Positions 37,446 to 45,558 of a stretch of 64,000 nt of DNA are shown here, piece after piece. Both the position numbers and the translations under genes were made by a program. Within the stretch, counting starts at the first letter, position 1; each line of letters opens with the position of its first letter. This stretch comes from Halobacteriovoraceae bacterium (lineage in GTDB: Bacteria > Bdellovibrionota > Bacteriovoracia > Bacteriovoracales > Bacteriovoracaceae), in NCBI GenBank assembly GCA_002706205.1, contig PAKC01000068.1, positions 21,259 to 85,258 on the forward strand, given 5' to 3'. The notes below the pieces were generated by a model. The model was not told the DNA's origin, searched no databases, and saw nothing but the letters and a program-made list of their open reading frames with translations.

Positions 37446-38771
37446 ATGTTGAATCTCCCACTTTATTTACATAAAAAAGGCTTTTATTACGGATATTTTA
37501 TCCTTTTTGCGGGAACCTTGGGTGTCGCCATGAGTGTTCCTGGCCAAACAATGGGAATTAGTGTCTACACGAATTTTCTCATCGATGAGCTGGGTGTCAC
37601 AAGAGTCCAATTAAGCCTAATGTATATGTTAGGAACATTAAGCTCAGCTTTTATTCTTCCTTTTGCGGGAAGAATTTTAGACAAAAAAGGCTCACGCTTT
37701 CTTTCTGTTATCGCAACGAGTGGTTTGGCCCTTTTTTTATATCTTATTTCTTTATCCCCATCTCTTTCAACAAGTTTATCTTCATCTTTAAATATCGATA
37801 AAATTTCAATTGTTCTTCCACTTATTTTTGTCTGTTTTTTAGGCGTAAGGCATTTTGGACAAGGTCAATTAACGATGGCCTCTCGAACAATGATGGCCAA
37901 ATGGTTTGAAAAGAAAAGAGGTCTTCTTTTAGGTATTAGTGGAACTTTTAGCGCTTTTGCCTTTGGAGCTGCTCCTTTAGCCCTTCACGCATTAATTGAA
38001 AGTTATACCTGGAAAGGTTCTTTACAGGTTTTATCATTTATACTTCTTATGATGAGTGTTTTTTGTTTTCTTTTTTTTAGAAGATCGCCTGAGCACTGTG
38101 GTTTGCAAATAGATGGAGGCTTAGTTGGTGAAGACCCTGACAATAAGGATTTTAAGCAATTAAAAAATTCATTTTCTGCAGCTGAAGTCAAAAAAACATT
38201 TATTTTTTGGGCCTTTAACCTTGCAGTAACTTGCCAGGCCTTTATCATCACGGCCATTACATTTCATATGTCAGATATTGCAGAATATTTTAAAGTCTCA
38301 AGTTCCCATGCCTATAGTGTTTTTTTACCGGTTAGTGTCATCGCAACTTGTTCAGAATTATTTTCAGGTTATCTAAGTGATAAAGTCCCTTTGAAGTACC
38401 TTCAGTGTACTATGCAAGCCGCCCTTATTTTTGCCCTTTTTGGTCTCACTCAATTTCATACTCATATTGGCTATACAATTGTGGCCATTGGTCTTGGTGT
38501 TTCAGGAGGAATTTTCTCTCTCATTACAGCTGCTGCATGGCCTAAACTTTTTGGTAGGTTACACTTAGGGGCAATATCGGGAGTTGTAACTGCTTGGATG
38601 GTTGCAGGAAGTGCTCTTGGTCCGTATTTATTTAGTCTTTTAAAAGATATTACTGGAACTTACCAGTCCATATTTTACATAAGTATGCTCATCCCTTTAA
38701 GCATACTTATTATCGGCTCACTTACGAGCAAAGAGAACCCGGTTGATCTAAGAGTGAATTCACCTGACTAA
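37446..38771 (+). CDS. MFS transporter (oxalate/formate antiporter-like)
   Basis: About 12 TM segments with the motif GRILDKKGSR. The track start at 37362 adds 28 non-hydrophobic residues, so ATG 37446 (MLNLPLYL...) may be the real start. Confidence 0.7.
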   Translation: MLNLPLYLHKKGFYYGYFILFAGTLGVAMSVPGQTMGISVYTNFLIDELGVTRVQLSLMYMLGTLSSAFILPFAGRILDKKGSRFLSVIATSGLALFLYLISLSPSLSTSLSSSLNIDKISIVLPLIFVCFLGVRHFGQGQLTMASRTMMAKWFEKKRGLLLGISGTFSAFAFGAAPLALHALIESYTWKGSLQVLSFILLMMSVFCFLFFRRSPEHCGLQIDGGLVGEDPDNKDFKQLKNSFSAAEVKKTFIFWAFNLAVTCQAFIITAITFHMSDIAEYFKVSSSHAYSVFLPVSVIATCSELFSGYLSDKVPLKYLQCTMQAALIFALFGLTQFHTHIGYTIVAIGLGVSGGIFSLITAAAWPKLFGRLHLGAISGVVTAWMVAGSALGPYLFSLLKDITGTYQSIFYISMLIPLSILIIGSLTSKENPVDLRVNSPD

Positions 38772-39213
38772 TAAGTCCTTCTTTATCTAGTCCTAATTTC
38801 TTTCCTACTTCTAGTGCTCGCTGCTTTGGATGTCCCAAGACATAAGTAAAGATTAAGGTCAACAATGCACCAACTCTATTAGACGACATACAATAAATAA
38901 GTTTAGGCTCAGAATCAGATATCAAAGCCTCAGCAAGTTCTCTAAGATCTGAAAAACTTAATTCAGCCAGAGAAGAAATGGGAAAATGAATATAATCAAT
39001 TCCAGCTCTTTCAAACTCTTCACGATCTGAAAAGTCTGTTTCATGACTTTGCTTTAAGTCTACAACTAATTTTATTTGTAAGCTCTTTAACCATTCAATT
39101 TGTTCTCTAGAAGTAATCTTAGATGAACAATACAGATAATCCACTCGATATAATCGTTCAATCAGATCGTTTTTAACTAAACTTTCAATATCTGTTAAAT
39201 CGATTTGATTCAT
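38722..39213 (-). CDS. DUF442 / protein-tyrosine-phosphatase-fold sulfur-related protein
   Basis: Active-site-like loop IYCMSSNRVGA (Cys-x4-Arg, as in the DUF442 domains fused to Blh-type persulfide dioxygenases). It is the last gene of the PDO-YeeE operon. Confidence 0.5.
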   Translation of the reverse strand: MNQIDLTDIESLVKNDLIERLYRVDYLYCSSKITSREQIEWLKSLQIKLVVDLKQSHETDFSDREEFERAGIDYIHFPISSLAELSFSDLRELAEALISDSEPKLIYCMSSNRVGALLTLIFTYVLGHPKQRALEVGKKLGLDKEGLISQVNSLLDQPGSLCS

Positions 39214-39218
39214 AGTTT

Positions 39219-39629
39219 TTACTCCTTAACTACAAATTTATACACCAACATTCCCACAATCATCGAACCAACAAAAAGAAATGCTGTCATATCAAAAGTA
39301 ATTAAATTCACAATTCCAGGGCCAGGACATATGCCTAAAAGTCCCCAACCTATACCAAACAATGCTGAACCTAATAGTAGTTTGCTATCAATTTCCGTCT
39401 TCGTTGGTAAATAATGTTGAGTTCCACAAACAGGATTACGCTTCGTAAGATATTTAAACAAAAAGAAATTCACCCCAATCGCTCCGAGCATAACAAAAGC
39501 TAAGCTATAATCCCACGCACCTGTTATATCTAAAAACCCAATAACCTTTTGAGGATTAACCATGCCCGAAATCACTAAACCAATAGCAAAAACAATACCT
39601 GAAATCAGACTAAATAATACGGTTATCAT
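39219..39629 (-). CDS. YeeE/YedE-family sulfur-compound transport membrane protein (half-size, second half)
   Basis: Four TM helices with the conserved Cys loop GLLGICPGPG. Confidence 0.7.
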   Translation of the reverse strand: MITVLFSLISGIVFAIGLVISGMVNPQKVIGFLDITGAWDYSLAFVMLGAIGVNFFLFKYLTKRNPVCGTQHYLPTKTEIDSKLLLGSALFGIGWGLLGICPGPGIVNLITFDMTAFLFVGSMIVGMLVYKFVVKE

Positions 39630-40039
39630 GACAAAACTCCTTTAAAGAAAACAGTAATCATTCCAAATAAAATGAAGGTTATTGTGGCCAGAAATGACCT
39701 TTTGGCCATTCTTGCCATTCCACAAACACCATGCCCTGATGTACAACCACTTCCAAGTCTTGTTCCAAAGCCGACCAGAACGCCAGCAATAATAACAACA
39801 GGAGAACTCGCCTCTAATGTATAATCAAAAAATTGTGGAGCAAAAATTTTCATCAACAATCCCCCAAGAAGAAGGCCGATTAAAAATGTATATCTCCAAA
39901 GATTTTCTCGGCTAATCTTTGCTAATGAGCTTCCTAATATTCCTGAGATTCCAGTAATTCGACCAATCCCCCCTAGCATTGTTGAGCTGGAAAGACCAAT
40001 CAAAATACCTCCGATCAAAGGATAGATAATTGTTTCCAT
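39626..40039 (-). CDS. YeeE/YedE-family sulfur-compound transport membrane protein (half-size, first half)
   Basis: Four TM helices with the conserved loop GSGCTSGHGVCG. Confidence 0.7.
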   Translation of the reverse strand: METIIYPLIGGILIGLSSSTMLGGIGRITGISGILGSSLAKISRENLWRYTFLIGLLLGGLLMKIFAPQFFDYTLEASSPVVIIAGVLVGFGTRLGSGCTSGHGVCGMARMAKRSFLATITFILFGMITVFFKGVLS

Positions 40040-40040
40040 G

Positions 40041-40907
40041 TTAAGACTCCTTCGTTAAAGGTAATTTAAGATACCTTTTCCCATTATCTTCACTCTCTGG
40101 TAATTCTCCTGCGGCTATATTAACTTGAATACTTGGTAATAAAAGCTTGGGTGCGTCCAAAGTCGCATCACGTTTATTTCTAAACTCAATAAATTCTTCT
40201 TTAGTTGTTTCTTGCTTTAGCTGAATATTGCTTTGCTTACTTTCACCAATAGTAGTTTGATACTCTAATTCTCTTCCTCCTGGTTGATAATCATGTCCAA
40301 CATAAACTTTGGTATCATCTGGAAGCTTATAAAGTTTCTCATGAACTGATTGATACAAATCTTCAGAGCTACCAGCTGGAAAATCACATCTGCCTGTTCC
40401 AAAGTCAGGCATAAAAAGAGCATCTCCTGTAAAAACATTGCCATCAATCAAATAAGAACTACAAGCAGGAGTATGCCCAGGAGTATGGATAACTTTAAAC
40501 TCAAGACTTCCCGCTTTGATAATTTCATCACTTTTAAAGAGAACATCAAATTGCGATCCATCCGTTTTTAGATCTTTACGATTAAAAACTTGTTTGAAAA
40601 CATCTTGAACTTTTTGAATTGTTTCATGAATTCCTATTTTTGCTTGAGGTAAGTCATTCTTTAATTCATGAGCACCTGAAAGATGATCCGCATGAGCATG
40701 AGTTTCTAGGATATAATGAATATTAAGTTTTTCATTGTTTACATATGTTAAAACGTTTTTATTGGATGTTGTAAAAATCTTTCCAGAAGCTGCATCAAAA
40801 TCCAAAACGGGGTCTATAATGACTGCATCTTTTGTTTTTTCATCGCTTACAACATAAGTTAAGGTAAATGTTGTTTCATCGTAAAATGTCTTAATTTTAG
40901 TTGTCAT
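40041..40907 (-). CDS. metallo-beta-lactamase-fold persulfide dioxygenase (ETHE1/Blh type)
   Basis: ETHAHADH metal motif and HTPGHTP. The 288-aa length and the C-terminal extension are typical of bacterial PDOs. Confidence 0.75.
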   Translation of the reverse strand: MTTKIKTFYDETTFTLTYVVSDEKTKDAVIIDPVLDFDAASGKIFTTSNKNVLTYVNNEKLNIHYILETHAHADHLSGAHELKNDLPQAKIGIHETIQKVQDVFKQVFNRKDLKTDGSQFDVLFKSDEIIKAGSLEFKVIHTPGHTPACSSYLIDGNVFTGDALFMPDFGTGRCDFPAGSSEDLYQSVHEKLYKLPDDTKVYVGHDYQPGGRELEYQTTIGESKQSNIQLKQETTKEEFIEFRNKRDATLDAPKLLLPSIQVNIAAGELPESEDNGKRYLKLPLTKES

Positions 40908-40966
40908 ATGATTCTCCTTTCATATTTTCTTTGATATCATCTTGCCATAACTCAATTCTAGAAACA

Positions 40967-40981
40967 TTGATGGGGCTCATA
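40967..40981. promoter_or_regulatory. Crp/FNR-type box TTGATGGGGCTCATA in the divergent pdo / crp-like promoter region
   Basis: TTGA-N6-TCAT core, a 7/8 match to the FNR core TTGA-N6-TCAA. It is 13/15 identical to the inverted copy at 41590-41604. Confidence 0.5.
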
Positions 40982-40983
40982 TA

Positions 40984-41589
40984 ATGGAACTTTCACATTT
41001 AAAAGAAATCATCCCAAATTATAAAAATATAACCCTTAAAAAGGGAGAAATCCTTTATCATGAGGGAGATAAGCCCGAATACGTTTATTTTCTTGAAAGT
41101 GGTCTTGTAGGCCTGTTTCATATTTCTGAAAATGGATCAGAAACATTCTTAAGAGTCTTTAGTCCAAACAATATTTTGGGTCATCGCTCATTTTTTGCCG
41201 AAGAAAACTACCATGCTACTTCAATGGCCTTATGCCCAACTAAAATTGTTGCGATTTCAAAAGAACAATGTCAAAACACTTGTTCTCAAGACCCTAGTTT
41301 TTTAAAAAATATCACACGAATTCTTGCCAAAGATTTACGTGAAGCAGAACTGCGCCTGGCGGGTCTACAAGACAAAACCGCTGGCCAAAGAATTGCGGAA
41401 TCTCTTGTTTATTTAAAGCTGAAATATCCTCAAAAAACCTGGACGCGTAAAGAAATTGCAGAGTATTCCTGCTCTACTTATGAGACAGTTACCCGTTTAA
41501 TGACTAAAGCAGAAAAAGAAGATATTATCAAAAAAATTGGCCGTGACTTTGAAATTCTCGATATTCAAAAGCTTTTAAAACTCAAATAG
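40984..41589 (+). CDS. Crp/FNR-family transcriptional regulator
   Basis: cNMP-binding-like beta-roll (KKGEILYHEGDKPEYVYFLESGLVGLF) and a C-terminal HTH (TRKEIAEYSCSTYETVTRLM). There is no N-terminal FNR Cys cluster, but it has an internal CQNTC. Confidence 0.8.
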   Translation: MELSHLKEIIPNYKNITLKKGEILYHEGDKPEYVYFLESGLVGLFHISENGSETFLRVFSPNNILGHRSFFAEENYHATSMALCPTKIVAISKEQCQNTCSQDPSFLKNITRILAKDLREAELRLAGLQDKTAGQRIAESLVYLKLKYPQKTWTRKEIAEYSCSTYETVTRLMTKAEKEDIIKKIGRDFEILDIQKLLKLK

Positions 41590-41604
41590 TATGAGCCCAG
41601 TCAA
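41590..41604. promoter_or_regulatory. second Crp/FNR-type box (TATGAGCCCAGTCAA; reverse complement TTGACTGGGCTCATA) upstream of the tauE-like gene
   Basis: It starts directly after the crp-like stop codon. Its centre is about 54 nt upstream of the ATG at 41651. Confidence 0.5.
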
Positions 41605-41650
41605 AGTTTTCTAATTAAATTAAGCTTATCCTTAACAAAAGGAGTTATAT

Positions 41651-42469
41651 ATGATTGGTTTTTTACTAGCAACTTTAATTGGGCTAAGCTTAGGCCTTCT
41701 AGGTGGCGGAGGTTCTATTCTTACAGTACCCATATTAGTCTATGCGATGGGCATGGATCCCAAACTCTCCATTGCCCTTAGTTTAGCTATCGTTGGGGCC
41801 ACCAGTCTGTTAGGAGTCTTTGGACATTTTAAAGCAAAAAATATAGATATTAAAATTGCCTTGATTTTTGGACCTGTGGCCATGGCCGGAACATTTCTAG
41901 GGGCAAAATTAAGCCAATTTCTTTCTGGTCAAGCCCAACTCATCTTTTTTGCTATTATTATGCTCTTAGCCTCAGTTTTTATGCTTAAAAACAAAAAACA
42001 AGAACAAGAAGAAGAAAATGAAAATAAACCCTTAAATATTCCTCTTATTATTGGAGAAGGGATTTTTGTAGGAATTATAACTGGGCTTGTAGGTGTTGGT
42101 GGAGGTTTTCTTATCGTCCCGGCGTTAGTTCTTTTAGCAGGTTTGAATATGAAAAAAGCAGTAGGAACATCCTTGCTTATTATTTCAATGAAGTCCTTTG
42201 CTGGTTTCATCGGTTATTTAGGCCTCGTTGAAATTCCTTGGAGCTTTTTGGCCCAATTTATTCTTTTTTCTGGGGTGGGAATCCTTTTAGGGACTTATCT
42301 CGTTCGTTTTATATCACAGAACAAACTTAAAAAAGCTTTCGCTATTTTTCTTATTTTTATGGGAATCTTTATTCTTTATAAAAATAGACAAAGCTTGGGT
42401 TTTAATCAAACAGTAAATATTGACTCAGTTGAGTTGATTAAAAAAGACCTCCAACTCTTCGCCAGTTAA
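41651..42469 (+). CDS. TauE/SafE-family sulfite/organosulfonate exporter
   Basis: Two 4-TM repeats, each opening with a GGGGS/GVGGGF loop (LLGGGGSILTVPILVY and VGVGGGFLIVPALV). AAGGAG RBS. Confidence 0.75.
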   Translation: MIGFLLATLIGLSLGLLGGGGSILTVPILVYAMGMDPKLSIALSLAIVGATSLLGVFGHFKAKNIDIKIALIFGPVAMAGTFLGAKLSQFLSGQAQLIFFAIIMLLASVFMLKNKKQEQEEENENKPLNIPLIIGEGIFVGIITGLVGVGGGFLIVPALVLLAGLNMKKAVGTSLLIISMKSFAGFIGYLGLVEIPWSFLAQFILFSGVGILLGTYLVRFISQNKLKKAFAIFLIFMGIFILYKNRQSLGFNQTVNIDSVELIKKDLQLFAS

Positions 42470-44254
42470 GGTTTCTTTTTTGATCAATTCTAAAGCTGAC
42501 TTTTCAACAATATCTCGATTGAGTTCAAGCACATGATAGGCTTTTTCAAATGCTTTATCCACGATCTCTTTCACTCTTTCATCAATAAGTTGTGCTGTTT
42601 TTTCACTATAATTTTTTGTTTTGGGAGAAAACTGATCAATACCTAAGTAGCTCTGCTGTTGCTGTTCATAAACAATATGTCCAAGCTCTTTTATCATTCC
42701 ATATTTTGTGACCATGGCCCTGGCCATTTCTGTAACCTTTGCAATATCGTCAGAAGAGCCTGTTGTCATTTCATTAAAAAAAAGTTTTTCGCTGGCCCTG
42801 CCTCCTAAAAGTACGGCCATTTTATTTTCAAGTTCTAAAGGTGACATTAAATAACGGTCTTCTGTTGGTCTTTGAATAGTATACCCCAACGCACCAACGC
42901 CTCTAGGAATAATAGAAACCTTATGTACCTTATTCACTTTTGAGCAACTCGCAGCTACGATAGCATGTCCCATCTCATGATAGGCCACGATTTTTTGTTC
43001 CATTTTATTTAAAACTCGACTTTTCTTTTCTAATCCGGTGATAATCCTTTCAATCGCTAAGTTAAAATCTTCTAAAGTAACAGACTCTCTATTATTTCTG
43101 GTTGCAAATAAAGCTGCTTCATTAACAAGATTGGCCAAATCAGCACCTGTAAAACCAGTTGTTAAGGCAGCCACTTGTTCTAACTCTACATTCCGGTCAA
43201 GCTTTATTTTTTTGACATGAACATTTAAAATTTGCAAGCGCCCAATCCTATCAGGTCTATCGACAAGAACTTGCCGATCAAATCTTCCAGCTCTTAATAA
43301 AGCTGGATCAAGAATCTCTGGTCGATTAGTTGCCGCCAATAATACGACTCCTTCTCCTCCATCAAACCCATCTAACTCTACAAGAAGTTGATTTAGCGTT
43401 TGCTCCTTTTCATCCTGCCCCCCCATAGGATTAGCACCTCGGGCTTTTCCTAGCGCATCTAATTCATCAATAAAAACAATACAGGGAGCATGCTTTCTGG
43501 CCTGCTCAAATAAGTCCCTAACTCTGGCGGCACCAACACCAACAAACATTTCAACAAATTCAGAGCCGCTTATGGAAAAAAAAGGAACGGCTGCTTCACC
43601 GGCAACTGCTTTGGCCAATAAAGTTTTACCTGTTCCTGGAGGCCCAACGAGCAGAATCCCTCGAGGCATTTTCGCTCCAAGTCTTTCATAATGTTTAGCA
43701 TCTTTTAAAAAATTGATGACTTCTTCTAACTCAGACTTTGCCTCATCTACACCTGCAACATCAGAAAAGCTTACCTTAATTTTCTTTTCAACATAGATTT
43801 TAGCCTTACTCTTTCCCACACTCATAAATGAACCTTGTCCACCTGAGAAAATCTTTCTTGAAAGAAAAATCCATATACCAATGAAAAAAAGCATCGGAAT
43901 AAGCCAGGAAAAAATATCACTTAAAAAAGATGACTCATTAGCACGCCAAAACTTAACACCATATTTTTCAAGTTCACTCCTCAGTTCAGGAGGAACCCTT
44001 CTGGCCACAATAACAGTTTTGTTATCTTTTTTACGAGCTTCTTTTAAATACCCTTTAACTTCTTCATTATAAACAACAACTTCTTTAATCTCGTTTGACT
44101 CAAGTGCCGCTTGAAACTCATTATAGGGCACCACCGTCGTTTTTACTCCTTTTAAATAGTCTTGCAACAATAAGACTGTTAAAAGAGCAAGGACAAAATA
44201 AGTAAGATTAAAGCGATAATTTTTCATATAAAACTTAAGGTTGTTGCCGAACAA
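42425..44254 (-). CDS. ftsH: ATP-dependent zinc metalloprotease FtsH
   Basis: Two N-terminal TM helices, Walker A GPPGTGKT, the SRH region and the HEMGHA zinc site. Confidence 0.9.
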   Translation of the reverse strand: MFGNNLKFYMKNYRFNLTYFVLALLTVLLLQDYLKGVKTTVVPYNEFQAALESNEIKEVVVYNEEVKGYLKEARKKDNKTVIVARRVPPELRSELEKYGVKFWRANESSFLSDIFSWLIPMLFFIGIWIFLSRKIFSGGQGSFMSVGKSKAKIYVEKKIKVSFSDVAGVDEAKSELEEVINFLKDAKHYERLGAKMPRGILLVGPPGTGKTLLAKAVAGEAAVPFFSISGSEFVEMFVGVGAARVRDLFEQARKHAPCIVFIDELDALGKARGANPMGGQDEKEQTLNQLLVELDGFDGGEGVVLLAATNRPEILDPALLRAGRFDRQVLVDRPDRIGRLQILNVHVKKIKLDRNVELEQVAALTTGFTGADLANLVNEAALFATRNNRESVTLEDFNLAIERIITGLEKKSRVLNKMEQKIVAYHEMGHAIVAASCSKVNKVHKVSIIPRGVGALGYTIQRPTEDRYLMSPLELENKMAVLLGGRASEKLFFNEMTTGSSDDIAKVTEMARAMVTKYGMIKELGHIVYEQQQQSYLGIDQFSPKTKNYSEKTAQLIDERVKEIVDKAFEKAYHVLELNRDIVEKSALELIKKETLTGEELEVFFNQLN

Positions 44255-44684
44255 TAGTTAAAGCGCAATGAGCATGACTTACCATGTACTCAGCAAAAGA
44301 ACTGGCAAAAAAGCCTTCAATTCCATTCTTCTCTTTAGTTCCAATCAACATCATATCAATTTCATTTTTCTTAGCATAATCTTTAATTTCTTCTTTAGGC
44401 GCTAAAGTCATCAAACATTTATAAACTCGCTTTAAATTGTGATCTTTTGGAATGATCTGAGAGGCGGAGTTTGCTAAAACATCCTCTACAGATTTCATAA
44501 TATCCATTTCTTCTTCTTTATGAGGAAAAGTTGTAAAATAAAAATTGTCTGCAAAAACTTTTTTACGAAAAGCATGAACAAAGTGGACTTCACTATATGC
44601 TCCCCAATCCCAATCTTTTAAAGCTTTTCTAAATACATCTAAAGAATAATCCGTTAAATCGATACAAATCATTAATTTTTTCAT
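44235..44684 (-). CDS. universal stress protein (UspA family)
   Basis: About 150 aa. It opens MKKLMICIDLTDYS and has the C-terminal block [35 protein letters not shown]. Confidence 0.7.
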   Translation of the reverse strand: MKKLMICIDLTDYSLDVFRKALKDWDWGAYSEVHFVHAFRKKVFADNFYFTTFPHKEEEMDIMKSVEDVLANSASQIIPKDHNLKRVYKCLMTLAPKEEIKDYAKKNEIDMMLIGTKEKNGIEGFFASSFAEYMVSHAHCALTIVRQQP

Positions 44685-44780
44685 ATACGTCCTTTTTAAT
44701 TGAAGACACCATACAATATATCATGACATATAAAATATGATCTTTGTCAGTTTACTGATGTTTCTCTTCTTTGAAAATAT

Positions 44781-45548
44781 TTAAAGTTGTTTTAAATGAT
44801 CCAAAAAGATTTTCCATGAATTTTTATCCGCATAGGCATTGTATTCTAAAGGAAGATCAAATTTTTCACCGAGCTTGTCTGCTCCTGGGTTCGTAAATGA
44901 ATGCTTAACATCAGAGTAGTTTTTAAAGAGATAATTAGCATTTGCTTGTTCCATCTCTTTTTTAAAGTTTTTAATGGATTTTTCTGAAACAAAAGGATCT
45001 GCCGCTCCATTAAAAACAAGAATTTTTGGCTCAATATTTTTTGTTTTCACTAGAGAGTCTAATCCACCGTGAAATGATGCTACCATCTCTAAATCGACTC
45101 CAGCTCTGGCCATATTTAAAACGACTGCCCCACCAAAACAATAACCAATCGCTACAATTTTATCTGGATTGACATCATCTCTTTGTTTAAGAATCTCCAG
45201 TGCTTTTTGAAATTTCTGCTTTGCCAAAGGAAAGTTACTCATGGTCTTTTTTGAAAAAGCACCTGCATCACTAGGATGCTTGGCCAACTTACCTTGTCCA
45301 TACATATCAATAGACATGGCCACATATCCCTCTTGAGCTAACATTAAGGCCCTTTTTCTTGCATAATCATTATGTCCCCACCATTCGTGCACAACAATAA
45401 TTCCCGGCTTTTTCTCTCCCTTTTTAGCTCCAGAAGCAATAAAGCCAATATGCTCTACCGAATCAACCTTATACTTAACTGTTTCTTTCTCTAAACCTGC
45501 ACAAGAAAATAGGCAAAAAGATAATAAACATAAAAAAATAAACTTCAT
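44781..45548 (-). CDS. dienelactone hydrolase family lipoprotein
   Basis: Lipobox LFSCAG. Blocks VVHEWWG and GYCFGG (nucleophile Cys), plus a C-terminal His block. Confidence 0.7.
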   Translation of the reverse strand: MKFIFLCLLSFCLFSCAGLEKETVKYKVDSVEHIGFIASGAKKGEKKPGIIVVHEWWGHNDYARKRALMLAQEGYVAMSIDMYGQGKLAKHPSDAGAFSKKTMSNFPLAKQKFQKALEILKQRDDVNPDKIVAIGYCFGGAVVLNMARAGVDLEMVASFHGGLDSLVKTKNIEPKILVFNGAADPFVSEKSIKNFKKEMEQANANYLFKNYSDVKHSFTNPGADKLGEKFDLPLEYNAYADKNSWKIFLDHLKQL

Positions 45549-45558
45549 TTGATCCTCC

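Noticed and set aside
40984-41589. Calling the regulator a true oxygen-sensing FNR.
   Set aside because: The N-terminal Cys-x2-Cys-x5-Cys cluster that ligates the FNR iron-sulfur centre is absent. Only family membership can be claimed.
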